A stretch of DNA of 64,000 nucleotides. It comes from Octopus sinensis (lineage: Eukaryota). The notes below the pieces were generated by a model. It did not search any database. It was given only the letters and a program-made list of their open reading frames with translations, and was not told the origin of the DNA. Made by a program: the position numbers and the translations under genes. Positions 63,950 to 64,000 of the stretch are shown here, in pieces. The DNA is taken from contig NC_043002.1 of assembly GCF_006345805.1 (NCBI RefSeq), positions 54,870,001 to 54,934,000 of the forward strand, read 5' to 3'. How positions within the stretch are numbered: the stretch's first letter is position 1; each line of letters begins with the position of its first letter.

Positions 63950-64000
63950 GTATGTATGTACCTATTATACTGCTCAGCATTTCGTCCAGCGTGTTAACGA

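Overview
Eukaryotic, AT-rich, microsatellite-saturated DNA. The repeat landscape ((TA)n/(CA)n/(GA)n/(TATC)n plus three abundant tRNA-derived SINE families) looks like an Octopus (coleoid cephalopod) genome; this is inference, not a database result. I cannot support any host protein-coding exon, so the window is probably intergenic or intronic, and almost all ORF-track ORFs are microsatellite or SINE read-through. Recognisable content: more than 40 SINE copies (my labels A, B, C), an internally deleted D34D mariner nested in a SINE, relics of L1/Tx1-like and RTE LINEs, several hAT-like MITEs, a two-copy MITE with 6-bp TSDs and internal TTAGGG repeats, two Helentron-type (HINE) elements and one Helitron. 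The most interesting signal is a set of short cassettes next to or inside (TA)n tracts that carry minimal type-I hammerhead ribozyme (HHR) motifs of the kind known from Penelope-like element (PLE) termini. Three sequence-unrelated families each form a head-to-head palindrome with almost no loop and an HHR on both strands (9627-9804, 32643-32888, 62212-62514). Other cassettes are chimeric, double-tailed or plain hairpins. Coordinates were read by eye; boundaries of degenerate repeats are approximate.
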